Below are positions 1 through 15,560 of a stretch of 64,000 bases of DNA, piece by piece. The stretch is taken from assembly GCF_009914755.1 (NCBI RefSeq), contig NC_060941.1; one strand, given 5' to 3'. Both the position numbers and the translations under genes were made by a program. Below the pieces are notes generated by a model. The model made no database searches. It had not been told where the DNA came from and saw nothing but the letters and a program-made list of their open reading frames with translations. Position 1 is the first letter of the stretch; each line of letters starts with the position of its first letter. This DNA is from the human T2T-CHM13v2.0 reference genome, Homo sapiens.

Positions 1-1068
1 ACATATTACAGGAGACTGAGCTCAGAGAGGGAAAGGGCTTGGGTAAGGGCACACAGCAGTTGGTGGCTGAGCCAGAATTTGAACCTTGGGCCCTGATGGC
101 GATTGGTTTGTCCCCATGCTTGCCACCCAAGCTGAGATCTTTGGGGTAATTTGTCAGCCCTTCTTTGCTTCCTCCTTATGCCTGGATTTTAAAGAATTGT
201 GGAAGAGTCAGCTTTTAAGTGGTAGTGACCTATTTGTGTCATGCAGGCTGCTGTCTACCTGTCCTAGATGCCAAGAGAGGGAGATCACTAATTTATGCAC
301 CTACTGTGTGCCAGGCGTGTGACACACATATTGTGGCCACATCGTTGTAAGAGGTAGTGTTGAGCTCGCTTTGTAGCTGAGGCCTCTCTGACCACTGGAG
401 GCGTTGGATGAGTCATCTGGGGCCCCACACCTGGCATGGAGCAGAGCTGGGCTTTGAACTCAGGTTTCTTGTTCAGAGGGTGCTTTTTCCAGCAGGCCTT
501 AGAGGAGGCCCCTGAAGAAGAAGCATTTTCTGGGTTTCTTCTCTCTCATTTAGTCTCAGCTTGTGGTGCCTCTGCATCCCCAGCAGAGTCCTAGCCCCAT
601 CACAGTCCAGGACACCGGCCTTTCGTCTGCCCAGTGCTGGCTGCACTTCACGGGCACCTGCTGGGATCCGCTGGGTACCAGTGATCCCATTAGATTGTGC
701 ATCACAGCATCTTCATTGCATCCCCATGGGGCTTGGTGAGAGCAGTCTAGTCAGAGTACAGGTGGGCTATGGAATGAAACCACCTGGGCCCTGCCTGGGC
801 CCAGCACTCTGCTCGGCCACTTAGAACCTGTGGGACCTTGGTGAGTTACTTCACCTCACTCTGCCTCAGTTTCCTCATCTGTAAAATGGCAGTGATAACG
901 ACACCTCTCTCAGGGTTGTTGTGAAAAGGAAATGAGTTAACGTAAAGTCCTTAGATCAGAGCCTGGCATGTATTAGATGTTCTTTTCAGTGTGAGGCCTA
1001 TGAGGTGATAGAAAGTGTTGAAGTCATTTCCTTTGCAATCTCTGGTCTAAAGAAAGGTGAGTGAACAG

Positions 1069-1551
<483 letters not shown>

Positions 1552-2138
1552 TCAAGACCCACTGGCCATCCTCAAGTGGGCCTAGAGCAGTGGTGATTAA
1601 ATAGGCAACTTGCAACTTTGGGGCTTGTTTCCTTTGGTGGCAAGCTTGCTCCCTTTGGTAGCAGGCTTACTCATAGATTCATGAAATTCATCCTTTCATC
1701 TGCTCAATAAGAAACCTGTTTGGTGCCTCCAGTAGGCCAGTCTATGAGCTACAGTGTCAGTCATGGCTGTAGCTCGTAAGGAGCAAGCGGTATGGGAGCA
1801 CAGGGACTGAGCAACTCCTGTCTAGTCGGTTCCTGAATAGAAAGTCACTGCAGTCAGGTGGGAGGAAGGGTGTTTGAAGAGGGGATGGGATGTGCAAAGA
1901 AACTTATGAATTGGGAAGGCTAATTCATCCCCCCTATTCTTGAGAAGTGGCTTGACCACCTCTGATGGAGCTTGTTACCTCCCACAGCTGTTCCGCTCTA
2001 GGTTATTCAGAATCAGTAGCATTGTCGGGGGCAAGGTGGGGAGCACGGTGCTGAGATCGATGTTTTCAATTCCCATCCCACCACTTTCTTAGCTCTCTGG
2101 CCTTGGGCAGTGTCTGTGGCCTCCCTGAGTCACAGTGA

Positions 2139-2818
<680 letters not shown>

Positions 2819-3674
2819 AAAGTTCTTAGCAAGACATTCAAGGCCCTTCCTGATCTGGCCCCACTAGGCTGACCCCCCCAGCTTCATCCCTTGCCTCTCC
2901 CCAGCTTGTCCTTACCTCTGACAGCACACAGAACTCTTCGTAGTGACCAGAAGGTGCCGTATGCCCTTACCTTCCCATTATGCTGTTCCCTCTGCCTGGT
3001 GCTCCTTCTCCACCTTCTTCCATAGCTGGCTCATGTGGAGCTAGCTTCATAGGTGGCTCCCAGGTGCCACCTCCTCTGGGAAACCTTCCCTGGCACACTC
3101 CCTCTCTCCACCCCCACAGCTGATTTAAGGTCTGCTCTTCTGCAGAGCCCCCTGTCCTGGCACAGAGCATACATAGTGTGTTATGTGCCTGTCATGCCCA
3201 TTCGACTCTACAAGCACAAGGATGGGTCTTTTTAGGCCTTTCCACCCAGCATCCAGCATGTGCTTGAATGGCTGTAGCTCAAACACTACAGAGCCACACA
3301 AGCCTCGGGGGCCTCAGGCACAGGATCATGGTAGGGGCAGCCCACAGTCACTCGAAGGCTGGTGTAGAAGGAAGTGGCTGTTGATCCCTTTCTTCCTGGA
3401 TCTTTTTTCACAAGCCCCAGAGCACTTTGCTGTTGGATGCTCAGAATAGCCCCTCGTCCCAATGTTTGAATTTTCTTAAAGTGGAGTTTTTCCTTCCTTC
3501 ACACACCCAGCTTCCCTTTCCTAACTCTTAAAGATTGGTCACCCCTTCGGTTTCTGAGGTCACCCCACTTTTGGGGTGGGTTTCCTGGATTGCTCCCCCA
3601 AGACCTGCCCATAAGAGCCCTGCACGAGCCAGTTCCTCTCTGGGCTGTGCTTCCTCCTCTGTAAAACAGAGATC

Positions 3675-3903
3675 CAGGTTGAGTATCCCCTATTTGAAAT
3701 GCTTAGAACAAGAAGTGTTTTAGAGTCTGGGTTTTTTTAGATTTTGGAGCATTTGCAGTATGCCTACCTGTTCAGCATTCCCCATCCCCAAATCCAGAGT
3801 GCTCCCATGAGCATTTCCTGTGAGTGTCATGTCGGTGCTCAGAAATTCCCAAGTTTTGGAGCGTTTTGGATTTTGGATTTTCAGATTAGGGATGCTCAAC
3901 CTG
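3675..3903. mobile_element. Tigger4a/MER46A-like MITE
   Basis: TIRs CAGGTTGAGTATCCC ... GGGATGCTCAACCTG. Confidence 0.8.
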
Positions 3904-4119
3904 TGGTAGTATCTGCGCCGAGGGCCTCATGGTTGGCTAGATAATGTGTGCGCATGAGTGAGCGGCCTTTATAAACCAGGTAAAGGTTGGTAGTTGAAGC
4001 CTTCCCTTAAGAAACAGTGCAGCCTCACACCAGGTGTTGAACATCTCTGGCCCCTAGCCATCTCCCCTGTGAATTCCTTCCAGCCCTGACCATCTGTGAC
4101 TCCACGTCTTGGTCCACAG

Positions 4120-4579
4120 GAGGGGAGCACAAGGAGGACTCCAGTTGGAGTTCATTGGATGCGCGGCGGGAAAGTGGCTCAGGGCCTTCCACGGACACCC
4201 TCTCAGCAGCCAGCCTGCCCTGGCCCCCAGGGAGCTCCCAGCTGGGCAGAGCAGGCAACAGCGCCCAGGGCCCACGCTCCATCTCCGTGTCAGCTCTTCC
4301 CGCCTCAGACTCCCCCACCCCCAGCTTCAGTGAGGGCCTCTCAGACACCTGTATTCCCCTGCACGCCAGCGGCCGGCTGACCCCCCGTGCCCTGCACAGC
4401 TTCATCACCCCGCCCACCACACCCCAGCTGCGACGGCACACCAAGCTGAAGCCACCACGGACGCCCCCCCCACCCAGCCGCAAGGTCTTCCAGCTGCTGC
4501 CCAGCTTCCCCACACTCACCCGGAGCAAGTCCCATGAGTCTCAGCTGGGGAACCGCATTGATGACGTCTCCTCGATGAG
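4120..4579 (+). CDS. KSR1: KSR1 coding exon (460 nt; Pro-rich CA2 region and RSKSHE 14-3-3 site)
   Basis: ccacag|GAGGGG acceptor and ATGAG|gtgagt donor; translates [22 protein letters not shown]...[11 protein letters not shown]...[21 protein letters not shown], matching KSR1. Confidence 0.97.
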
Positions 4580-5673
4580 GTGAGTGCTCCTTCTGGGCAG
4601 CTACCAAAAGTGCCCTCTGTGGTTTTCTAATCATAAAGATATATGGAAGGACCAATAAAATCAACCCCTATAGACGTGTGTAAAGTCAAAAGTAAAAGGT
4701 GCCCCCATCTTTCAGTCCATTCCTCAGACTACTTTAGTGGTGTGGGCTGAATCCTTCTAGATTTGGTTTTGTATGTACACGTACATGCACATGACATGAT
4801 GCCACGTATGGGTCAGGGTAGGCCAGGTTACACAGAAATAACAGATATGCCCAAATCACCAGGTCTTAAAGGAACAAAGATTTGTTTCTTGCTCATGCCA
4901 CCTTGTCCATCTTGTCCATCATGGGTCAGCCTCCTTCCGGGCCCAGACTGTCTGAACATTGCTGGCCACGGTGGCAGAGGGAGAAGTGAGTTCCAGATGT
5001 CATGCCCTGGCAGCTGCGTACTCCTTCTTGGAAGTTCCACTCACCATTCCTGGCCCAACCTGAACAGGAGAATGAAACAGTGCTCTTTGCCCACACGCCC
5101 AGGAGGGGAGAACTGGAATATTTGGCAGAAACCACTAGTGACTGTCAGATACCATACCATCTACTCTGTCCCATGACTTGTTTTTTCAACTTCCCTTGGT
5201 ATCTCTGAGAACATCATGTCAGTACATCTTGGAATGTTTTACTCTTTTGTTTAGTTTTTGACTTACAAATTTTTCTATCTATATATTTTGAACAAGTGAG
5301 ACAGTCACATGGTCCAAAGCGCAGCAGCTCTGTGGCTTCTCAGGGTACGTGGTGAAAACTCTACCCCACCATTTTTATTCAGTCACAGGGTTCCCCTTTC
5401 AGGAGCCAACCAGGCTAGCAGTTTTGTGTATGTCTATAATTAATTAAACCCCATTTGTTTGACTTGTTCATATTATTTCGTTGTATAGTTTATCTTGTCC
5501 CTTCTTGATGGGCGTTAGATCATTGTCTTTTTTGTTACAAAGATTGCCCTTGTCAGTATACCCTTGGCAGCACAGAAAGAAAGGGAGTGTTTTCCTTGGG
5601 TGCCTCTTACCTTCTTGTACCCCTGAGGATTGGGGCACCTGGTTTCTCTCCTCGGCATGGGCACCCCTTTCCT

Positions 5674-5707
5674 ACGCTTGATCTTAGCCAAAAGGCCGAG
5701 AAGCAAT
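5674..5707 (-). pseudogene. 3'-truncated (tailless) U2 snRNA retrocopy, nt 1-34
   Basis: Minus strand ATTGCTTCTCGGCCTTTTGGCTAAGATCAAGCGT matches the U2 5' end with 2 mismatches; 17-bp TSD 5657-5673/5708-5724 (14/17 identical). Confidence 0.9.
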
Positions 5708-6242
5708 AAGGGCACCCTTTTTCTAGGGGGTTCCTTGGGCCCTGGTGTATCTTGGGCCTTGGAGTCATCTTTGGAACGGGCCTGATCCCCTCTCCCAGTG
5801 CATGCTGTTAGGGTCCTTTATGGGATGGAGCCTGGACAGCTCCGATGGGTTTGAGTATGCTGCCCAAGGAGGAGAGATCCAGGTGTCACCGACCCTGCTG
5901 CTCCCACTCGGGCTGTCCTGCTGGGGCCTGGGTCCCACCCAGAAGGGGCTGTAGAATGCAGTGATGATGGCCACACGAACATGGGTCAGTCAGAGGAGGC
6001 CTCACAGTGGGCTCAACCCAGTCCCTGTGTTTCTGTCTTCTCCCAAGAAGAGCATTAGGAAAGCTGTGGTCTCATTCCCATGCTAGAAGGTGGCAGGGAC
6101 ACAGCTTCAGGCAGATGACACAACTAGCCTCAAACTCCAGCCAGTGACTGAGCCTCAGACCCTGGGATTCTGAGTCCAGTCCCTGCAGAGCTACCAGAAC
6201 CAGCACTGACGTGACGCTCAGGCCACCTCGCTGTTCTGGTGA

Positions 6243-6709
<467 letters not shown>

Positions 6710-7130
6710 TCTCCAGCTGACTGACCCCTTTTCTTGCCTGGCTCTGGGCCAGGCTCTCCCACTGTGAGCCATGTGACCTACTGAGCCTCCTGAGGCTCAG
6801 TTTTCTTGACTGTGAAATGGGCTGAACTCTAATTACCATGCTTGGTTGCTGGCGAGGCTTACGTAAGCTAATGTATTAAAGTGCACAGCACTGAGTTTAG
6901 ATGTCCCCTGGGGAGGCCTGGGGAATGCCCTTCTAGTCCTTTCCATTGAGGAAATGTCCCCACAGAGATTGCAGGGGTTCCCAGAGTCAATCAGCCAGTC
7001 TGGCCTCAAGCCAGGCCTCAGAGTCCTACGTCCCAGCCCCTTGCCTGCTCCCGCCCAAGGGTAGTGTTCTAGGAACACGCCGAGCCAGCGTGGTGACGTA
7101 ATCCCCCTCTCTGCTTTTTGTCTCCTCCAG

Positions 7131-7135
7131 GTTTG
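7131..7135 (+). CDS. KSR1: KSR1 5-nt microexon (GTTTG)
   Basis: Long pyrimidine tract, ctccag|GTTTG|gtaaga; required to join AG (4578-79) to AT (9949-50) as R-F-D in the KSR1 sequence SSMRFDLSHG. Confidence 0.9.
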
Positions 7136-8343
7136 GTAAGAGAGATTCATTTCCATCCCCTCTACCACCTGGGAGTCGTGTGTGCGTTGCTGTCCCCATC
7201 GGGGGTGGACCTCTTTGACCCACCTCTTAGCCCGTTCAGCCTCTCCATAGTCCAGAAGCAGAGGTGCTGGTGACCGCCTCAGGAAATAGCCCTAAGACAG
7301 GTGGCCTTAAAGTGACTGGCTGGCTTCAGCCCAGCTGGTGGCTGCTCTCTGAGAATCAGAGACCTTGAGCACATCTCAGCCCACAGGCAGCCCCATGAAG
7401 AGCCCTGTCTCCACCTTGCCCTTCCCCACCGAGACTCTCCAGCAGGGACTCTGGCCTGCTGGGCTGCCACGGTAAAGCAGCGCCCCTGGGAAGGCGGTGC
7501 CATCTGCCTGATTTCGCTAGACTTTAGCCATCTCCAGAACCCCACCTGATGTCCTGGGATCCCACTCTTCAGGAAAGGGACATTCCTGGAGGCAGAAATG
7601 TAGCGCAGCTCTGAATGAGACCCCAAAAGATGGGAGATGCAGAAGCCCCTTTGGGAGGAGAGGACACCTGGGCAACCCTTGACCCCCTTTCCCACCCCCA
7701 CCTCCAGGTTGGGAGCACGTTCCTGCACGTGGCTATGCTGTGGGGCCTCTCTCATGAGTCAGAGCGGAGGGAGACAGCTGTGCCTCTGGAGTCTGCTTTT
7801 AATTGTCTGGAAATGCAGAGATGTCTGGTTTTTGCCTGAGCAAAATAGGAGTTTATTTTTGTACTATCCCGAGCTGGCTAAGGAGAGTCACGTAGCTGTG
7901 GGCGGGGTCTTGGGGATGAGGAGGGGTACAGCAGGCAGGGACTATGCTGAAGTGGAGCTGGCTGTAGGAACCCCAGGGAGGCACAGGGGGAGCATGAAGA
8001 GGAGCTACACTTCCCTCCCTTAGTGCCCGGGCAGAAACTCCCAGGGCCCTTCACAGAACCTTGGAGGAACATTCAACACCCCCATCTCTAGGACAGCCCC
8101 AGCCTTGTCATCCTCCAATTGCTGTGGTAACACGGGGACTGGAGCAGTGAGATTATTAGGCCTTCAGGGCCAGTGTCTCCATGCAGATCAGATGGAGGCG
8201 GTGCTTGACACATACACCACCTCACTGCCCATGCCCACAGAAGTTGGTGCAGATCATAAGGTGGCTTTTGGGGCTAATTGATTGAAGTTCCAACATAGTC
8301 TGTTTCTCCTAGGCTGGTAGCTGGCACCTTTGGCCCCATGTGT

Positions 8344-8752
<409 letters not shown>

Positions 8753-9948
8753 TGAGATAGATTGTTCCTATCCCCCTCTCCTTGATGTGGGAGGACTCAG
8801 TACCTCCAGCACACCCTTCTCATGGAGGTTGGTTATGTGGTACTTGGCCTCAAGTGAACCAGCACTTCATGAGTCCAGCTTTGTGCTAGACCAGCACTTG
8901 GGATTGAGGGGGGCAGTGGCCACCCTCGGGGGACCTTCTGACTCAGAGGACATGAGATGGCCACACTCGAGCACTGTGTTCCTGACCTTTCTGGGTCACA
9001 GGTCACCTTGATGATTGGATGAAAGTCTTAGATCTTCTTTCCAGAGAAAAGTCTACAACATTCTACTGAACCAGTCCAGAGGGTTCCCGGACCCCCGAAG
9101 CCCACCCATGGGCTGGCTCTGGGAGGCAATGGCGCTGAGTATGGGGGCGTGAGTTGAATGTGCGGGCTGCCGGTGGGTGGAGAGAGTGCTTCCAGCAGCT
9201 TGTCTACTGCACTAGGGATGCCTGTTCTTACGGGGAATCCCAGGCTGGGAGAGGGAACGTCCTCCGGAAGGCCAGCAGCAGGGGCATCCCAAAGCGTATG
9301 GCCCTTATCTCAGCAGAGAAGGAGGGTGCCCAAGAAGTCCCCAGAGGCTCAGGCTTGTACCTGGGTGGGGCTGGCCCACTCGAGAATGTGGTAAAGCTTC
9401 ACCTTGTCCTCGTTCTATCTGCCCATATCTGGCAGTGGCCTCTCCCAGAGGAATATCCTCCAGGGGCTTCTGCCTGGAAAGGCACTGGATGGGCTGGCTA
9501 GCCTCGGCCCTCCACCTGAGGTAAACAGCTTCAGCCATTTACCAGGAAATACCCAGAATTGAGCCCCTGCACACTGGGGGCCTGTGGTGTGTCGGTGAGA
9601 GGTTGCAAGAGGTTGGGCTGTGTAGAAGCTTCTGCCCTCACTCTGGCTTTGCCTTCTGCCTCTCCAGCCTGCCTTCTTCCTCATCTGGAAACATCACAGG
9701 GGCAGCTGACTGAGCCATCCTCAGAGGCCAGGAGCAAGCTAGAGGACCAAGCGAGGCGAGGGGAACCACACCATGCCACTGGGCTAGCCTGGCCTGCTCC
9801 TGTGTTGATGGACATAGATCAGGGAGATGCTTATATAATAAACCATTGCGCCCCCCTCTAGCCTGTGGTCTCTGAATTAGGAAGTCATGGGCACGAGCTG
9901 TCGCCTGCGGAGTTCCTCAGCCTGCCCATCCGGCCTCTTTCCCTGCAG

Positions 9949-10009
9949 ATCTCTCGCATGGATCCCCACAGATGGTACGGAGGGATATCGGGCTGTCGGT
10001 GACGCACAG
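9949..10009 (+). CDS. KSR1: KSR1 coding exon (61 nt; [21 protein letters not shown])
   Basis: ctgcag|ATCTC ... CACAG|gtaggc; translation matches KSR1. Confidence 0.95.
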
Positions 10010-11259
10010 GTAGGCACAGCGGGCCTGGAGGGGGAGCAGGGCACAGCCGGGCTGGTACCCAGATGGGGCCAGGAGTTCTGGTCACTGTTTCTCAGCGAGC
10101 TCTTTGCCTCTGACGGGCCTGTCCATTTCACCTGTGGGACATGGCCCTGCACTTACCTGGAGCCCTCACCTTGCCAGGGTGGCCACATGGACTTGCAGCT
10201 CCCTCATCTGCACCTCCTCGGGTCTCTTCCTCACTCTGCTTAGGGAAAACACTTTCCTTCTTTCCCAGGACACAGGTCCCGGGAGAAATAAGGTCAGGGT
10301 CATGGGAAGGAGTCACAGGAGCTTCCCTACATCCAGTGCGATGTCACATGAGTCCTGAAACTGGCCGCATATCAGAGTCCGCTGTAGAGCTTGTTGAAAA
10401 TCCAGATTCCCGGGCTCCACCCCTAAGGTTCTTGCTCCCCTCACCCCCAGTGTTGATGTGAGAAGTAATTAAAACCCAGTGAGGGAGACAGCACGTGTGC
10501 ATGTGTGAGCCTCCACAGACCTGGTTGCATCTTGGGGAGGCCGGATCACAACTCCTTAAAAGGCACGCCATGCAGTTTGGCGTCCCCTGCCACCGGAAGC
10601 TCCCATCTTTGTTGGGTGGAGAGAGTAACATTTATGGATCTCTGCTACCTTCCATTTACACGGCGTATCTGTGATCCTTCCCAAATCCTGTGAGGCTTAG
10701 CATTAACCCTATTTGCAGAGGTGTCTGAGGCATCTTACAGCTGGTAGTAGGCAGAAGGCAGAATTCAAACCTAGCTGTTTGCCCCCAGAGTCTGTTCTCT
10801 TTCCCTTGTGCTCGGGGCCTTTTTTGGCCTCTGCTGGACCAGTGGAATCTCTTACCGAGAAGCTCTGTAACTCTTAAGTTCAGAGAGCTGGGATCCAGAC
10901 CCTGTTACACAGCATCCCAACTGTGGCACCTTGGGAACATCACCTGACCTCTCTGAGTTAGTTTCCTTGGCTGCACACTAAGAATCCTGGACCTGCCTCA
11001 CTCCCTGGCATGGGCATAAGAATCAAATGAGCTAGTGTTGGTGGATGCATTACAAACTACTTCCTAAATACTGTTGGCATTCATTCTGTTGTTACTGTGA
11101 TATACGTTAAAAAAAATCTGTGTTTCCAAAAATATGAGTTATTTCTGCTCTTAGGCCTCCCCACCCTGTGGACCAGCCTTGCACTTTTTTTCTGGAGGAC
11201 ACCACCCACTCAGCCCCCATCCTTCCTTCAAATCTATCTTTCGTGTTTTCTTTAATGTT

Positions 11260-12090
11260 CTACATTTTGGATTGAAAATACACTGATACGTTGAAACGTC
11301 AACAGAAAATTGCCCTCTTGTTCCTGTCCCCAACTCCTCAACCCCCTCTTTAAAGAGGTCTTAGCTGTGTGTTGTCTTCTAGAGATATTTTATACAAACA
11401 AATATGTATATATGTTTCCTCCTTTATTTTTTACTCAAATACTGCATATGTTATACACAATCCTATACTCTGTTTTTTCAAAAATGGAGATACAATTTAT
11501 GTAGAGCAAAATGCACAAGTGTGTGTGTGTATGTGAATTTATGTATTCATACACACACACCTGTGTATACCATCCAGATGAAGATGAAGAACATTCCAGC
11601 ACCCAGAAAGTTACCTTTAGTTCTCCCTAGTTGACAGTGCTACCATCCAGTGGTTACTATTCACTTCTATTGTCATAGCTTAGTTTTTTTCCTGTACTTG
11701 AACTTCGTGTGAATGGGATCATATCTTATTGTACCTTACTTTTTTAACTTGACAATGTGATTTGGAGATCATTCCGTATTTGCACAGAAAGAGCGTCCTT
11801 GTTTTAGTTTCTTGCTGCATAGTATTCCATCGTATGGAAAGACCATATTTTAGTCAGCTCCTATTGATGGACACATAGGTTATTTTCCGTCTTTATGCTG
11901 CTAACATGCTGCAGGCATACCTTGTCCATATATCTTGCAACACATGTGGGCCTATGTGTTGGATAAATTCCTAAGAATTCCTAAGAACTGTGGGGTCAAA
12001 GGGTATGCGCACTTGTACTCTTGATTGCTGCTGCCAAATTGGTACTGCCAGATGACCACACCAACTTCAGCATATTGACAATGATGACTT
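11260..12090 (-). mobile_element. Old L1M 3'-end fragments
   Basis: AT-rich with L1M motifs (agtattccatcgtatgg...tattgatggacacatagg). Confidence 0.6.
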
Positions 12091-12284
12091 TGCATCTGGG
12101 AAATTTAAATGTGAGGGGAGAAGCAGTGGCCCCTGGGTATCTCTGTCCTCTCTGGGAGGGGGCCAAGGGGCTCTGGGATGGAGCCAAGACTCCCAGTTGC
12201 CCTGGAGCTCCATGGGAAACCTTCTGTGGCTGGGCCTTGGCCTCCCAGCTGGTGCAAGCATGTGCCTGTGTCCGCCCTCTGCAG

Positions 12285-12368
12285 GTTCTCCACCAAGTCC
12301 TGGCTGTCGCAGGTCTGCCACGTGTGCCAGAAGAGCATGATATTTGGAGTGAAGTGCAAGCATTGCAG
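12285..12368 (+). CDS. KSR1: KSR1 coding exon (C1/CA3 cysteine-rich domain, first part)
   Basis: ctgcag|GTTCTCC ... TGCAG|gtgatg; [29 protein letters not shown]. Confidence 0.96.
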
Positions 12369-13834
12369 GTGATGGGAAGAGGAGTGGGGGTGGGGGGAGC
12401 AGACACTTTTAGTTCAGTAAATCAAATGCGCTTCCCTATGCTTGCTATTCATAGTCCTATTCAGCACACCAGGGAGTGATCAGGTCTCTTCAGGGAGACT
12501 AAGCAAGTTACTCCTGGAAGAAGGGAATACTTGAGGTGGGCTTTGAAGGATGAATAGAAGTTTACAAGGTAGACCAAGGGGAAAAGAGAATTCCAGGCCA
12601 TGGGTGCATCTTGTACTAAGGCCTGGAGGAATATGAGGACTGTTCTGGGACCTGTAAGGAGTTCTGAAGTTTAGCCTTGCATTTTGTAGCCCTCGAGAGG
12701 TGGCAGACAGGCGATGGTAAAAACAGGGAGTTGGCTTGCGGAAGGGGAGAGTGAGCAGAGGGTACAGATTCTGTACAAGTCCAACTTTATTTTCTCATGC
12801 CTTGTGGTTTCTGGTGGGAAGGAAGGTCAAGGATAGGGAACAGTGTGGGCTAGGCAGAGTGTGTCCCCTGCTGTCCGGCTGTCCTCACCTAATGCAGGGA
12901 GGCCTCGGAGGCTCGGTGCCCAGCCCACTCTGCCCCTGCATTGCTGTGTGATCTGGGGCAAGGCACTTGCCTTTCTGGGCCTGATTTTTAATGTATACAT
13001 CAACCATGGGGATGGCTCTGAGAACCTGAGCTAGTATGTGTGATTGCATCTGGGCTCCAGTCAGACCGTAGATGGTGGGTCTTGTGCATATCAGCTGGAC
13101 CCATTACTTTCCCAGCGACTCTCCTGACCTCTAGGGAGTTGCTGAGTTTTCTCTCTAGTCTGGGTCTCCTGTGGCTCCTGGCCACTTGGTTTACATTAGG
13201 GACCTCTAGCTCCCATCATGTGGGGAGCACAGGATGACCTCTGAGCCCAGGGCTGTCCTGCGGTGCAGTATGAGGTTGATAGGACACCCTCAGCCCATTA
13301 GTGAGAAATCTAAGACTCAGTGCAGAAGGCAGGACCACAGTGAGAATCCAGTTCTTTCCAATCCTGGCCCGGGGCTGACCCTCAGACCTCACGGTCCATT
13401 GCACAAATGTAGCCGGAGGGGCTGCCCTTTGGGTCCCTGGGATTCTTTGGTAAAGCAAACATTATCTGTCTAATTCTTTTTTTGTAAGTTCAGATTTGTC
13501 TTGAGCTTTTTCAATATGGGTAGAGGGTCTCCTTTTCTTTACAAAGGAAAAATAGGTGGGCAACCTGGGGCAAGTCGAAGTGGGCATCATGAGACCTGCT
13601 TTGCTGTGAGGATGGATAGATGACAGCAGAACGTGGTAAATGCTCAGCATAGTGGCTCAGTGTAGCAGCTGCTATTACTATTAATATCATGATGTTCTCT
13701 ACTTTCGAGCTAACATTTGTTGAGAAGTGTGTGAAAATGGAGACAGTCCTGAGTGAATGCTACACAGAGCTACCCCTGTGTGCCTGAGCCCCCCCATGTG
13801 GTGCTTTGCACACCAACCTCCCCTTCTTTACCAG

Positions 13835-13896
13835 GTTGAAGTGTCACAACAAATGTACCAAAGAAGCCCCTGCCTGTAGAATATCCTTCCTGCCAC
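13835..13896 (+). CDS. KSR1: KSR1 coding exon (C1 domain, second part)
   Basis: taccag|GTTGAAG ... CCAC|gtgagt; [20 protein letters not shown]. Confidence 0.96.
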
Positions 13897-13993
13897 GTGA
13901 GTTTTCTGCCTTCCTCTCCTCTGCCTTCTGGATTTGGGTGAATCTTTAGCTTGACCTGTTCCCTGGTGATGGGTTTTCCCTCTTTTCAAACAG

Positions 13994-14100
13994 TAACTCG
14001 GCTTCGGAGGACAGAATCTGTCCCCTCGGACATCAACAACCCGGTGGACAGAGCAGCCGAACCCCATTTTGGAACCCTCCCCAAAGCACTGACAAAGAAG
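13994..14100 (+). CDS. KSR1: KSR1 coding exon (RRTESVP 14-3-3/C-TAK1 site)
   Basis: aaacag|TAACTC ... AAGAAG|gtacgc; [36 protein letters not shown]; preceded by a 97-nt intron. Confidence 0.96.
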
Positions 14101-15208
14101 GTACGCTGGGTAATGCTGGGGAGGACGCCCTTCTGCCACTGGCCTTCCTTCCTATAAAGCACCCCTGCCTCAGAGGCTCAGTGGGGAAGTTTGGCATGAC
14201 ACCACCGTCTCAGATTTGTGGCCAGAGGGTGGCCTTGGGGATCATATCTTGAGCCACTAGGAGGCTTTACACTTAAGTTGTGGTGGTACAGCTGTGATTC
14301 CCAGTCCCTTCTCCTTTGAGCTAACACTTCCTGTGTGCTTAGTGTGTACTGGAAACTTCTTCCATTGCTGTTTCATTTGAGCCCCACAATAGTTCTGAAG
14401 GGTACATATGGATCCATTTCACAGGTGAGAAAACAGCACAGCATCCCGAGAGCAAGAGACAATCCCAGAGTGGTAGCCTCGGCAGCTGCCCAGCCCCAAA
14501 ACCTGGGCCCTTAGTCACAGTGCAGCAGATACACCTTCAGTTGTTCATTAAAGCAATTGCCATGGCAGCCACCGAGCAAGGCTTTGCTGCCCTCACAAGA
14601 ATGCACCCAAAAGTAATACAAAGAGTGCATTTCCATCCATAGCCAGGTCAGGCTTCTCTGCTGAGGCAGACGGGTGTCCTCTGCAGCTAGACAGAGTCTG
14701 CAAAGCCTGTGTCCCCCAGGAGGGTTGGCACACCTGTCATGGGCCTCTTTGCACAGGTATGCCTGGCATCTGGGAGGTGCCAGTGCTGATGGCTTCTGAC
14801 AGCAGCTCCCATCCTGGCTGGCTGCTGGGTGCAGGCTTCTGGCTGCTGTGGTTTTGGCTGTGTATTTTTAAGTGTGTTCTACCTGCAGCCCCAGACCAGG
14901 GGCTTAGCGTGTGCCCCCCCGATGAGCATGTGCCCAGTTGCCCCGTGGCTGTGGCTGGCCATGTGGCTCAGGCCGGAAGAGAAAGACAGGCAATGTGGCC
15001 AATTCATACTGGGGACCCTGAAGATACAGCTTCAGTGGCTGCTCTGAGAGAGCCAGGGCCACCTCTTACTGTCAGACAAGAAGGCCGGCTGCCCCAGGCC
15101 TGACAGTCTGCCATGGGCCTGCACCTGTCCTCTCTCCTGCCTCTCGTTTCCCTCTGGTGGTAGCTTCTCACCCAGAATGGGGAGGCAGCGGGAAAGATGA
15201 TAGGGTCC

Positions 15209-15560
15209 TGTCTTAGTGTGTTCAGGCTACCGTAACAAAATATCATAGACTGGGTAGCTTAAAAACAACAGAAATTAGTTTCTCATGGTTCTGGAGGCTG
15301 GGAAGATCAAGGTGCCAGTAGGCTCGATGTCTTGGGAAAGTCCACCTTCTCACAGATGTCACTCGTGCCGCATCCTCCCATGGTGGAGGGGCCCAGCAAG
15401 CTCCCTCGAGGCCTTCCATGAGGGCTCCAGTCCTGTTCCTGAGGGCTCTGCCCTGATGACCCAGTTACCTCTCAGAGGCTCCAGCTCCCAGTACCACCTC
15501 CTTGGGTGCTAGGGTTTCAGCATGTGAGTTGTGGGAGTTCACAGTCATTCAGACCACAGC
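15209..15560. mobile_element. MLT1A-type MaLR LTR
   Basis: tgtcttagt...aacaaaatatcatagactgggtagcttaaaaacaacagaaatt...cattcagaccacagca. Confidence 0.75.

Noticed and set aside
4025-4664. Long minus-strand ORFs (167 and 107 aa)
   Set aside because: Antisense shadows of the GC-rich KSR1 exon with no independent gene signals
7492-7512. Partial CTCF-like motif (GGCAGATGGCACC on minus strand)
   Set aside because: Lacks the conserved CC at the 5' end of the core
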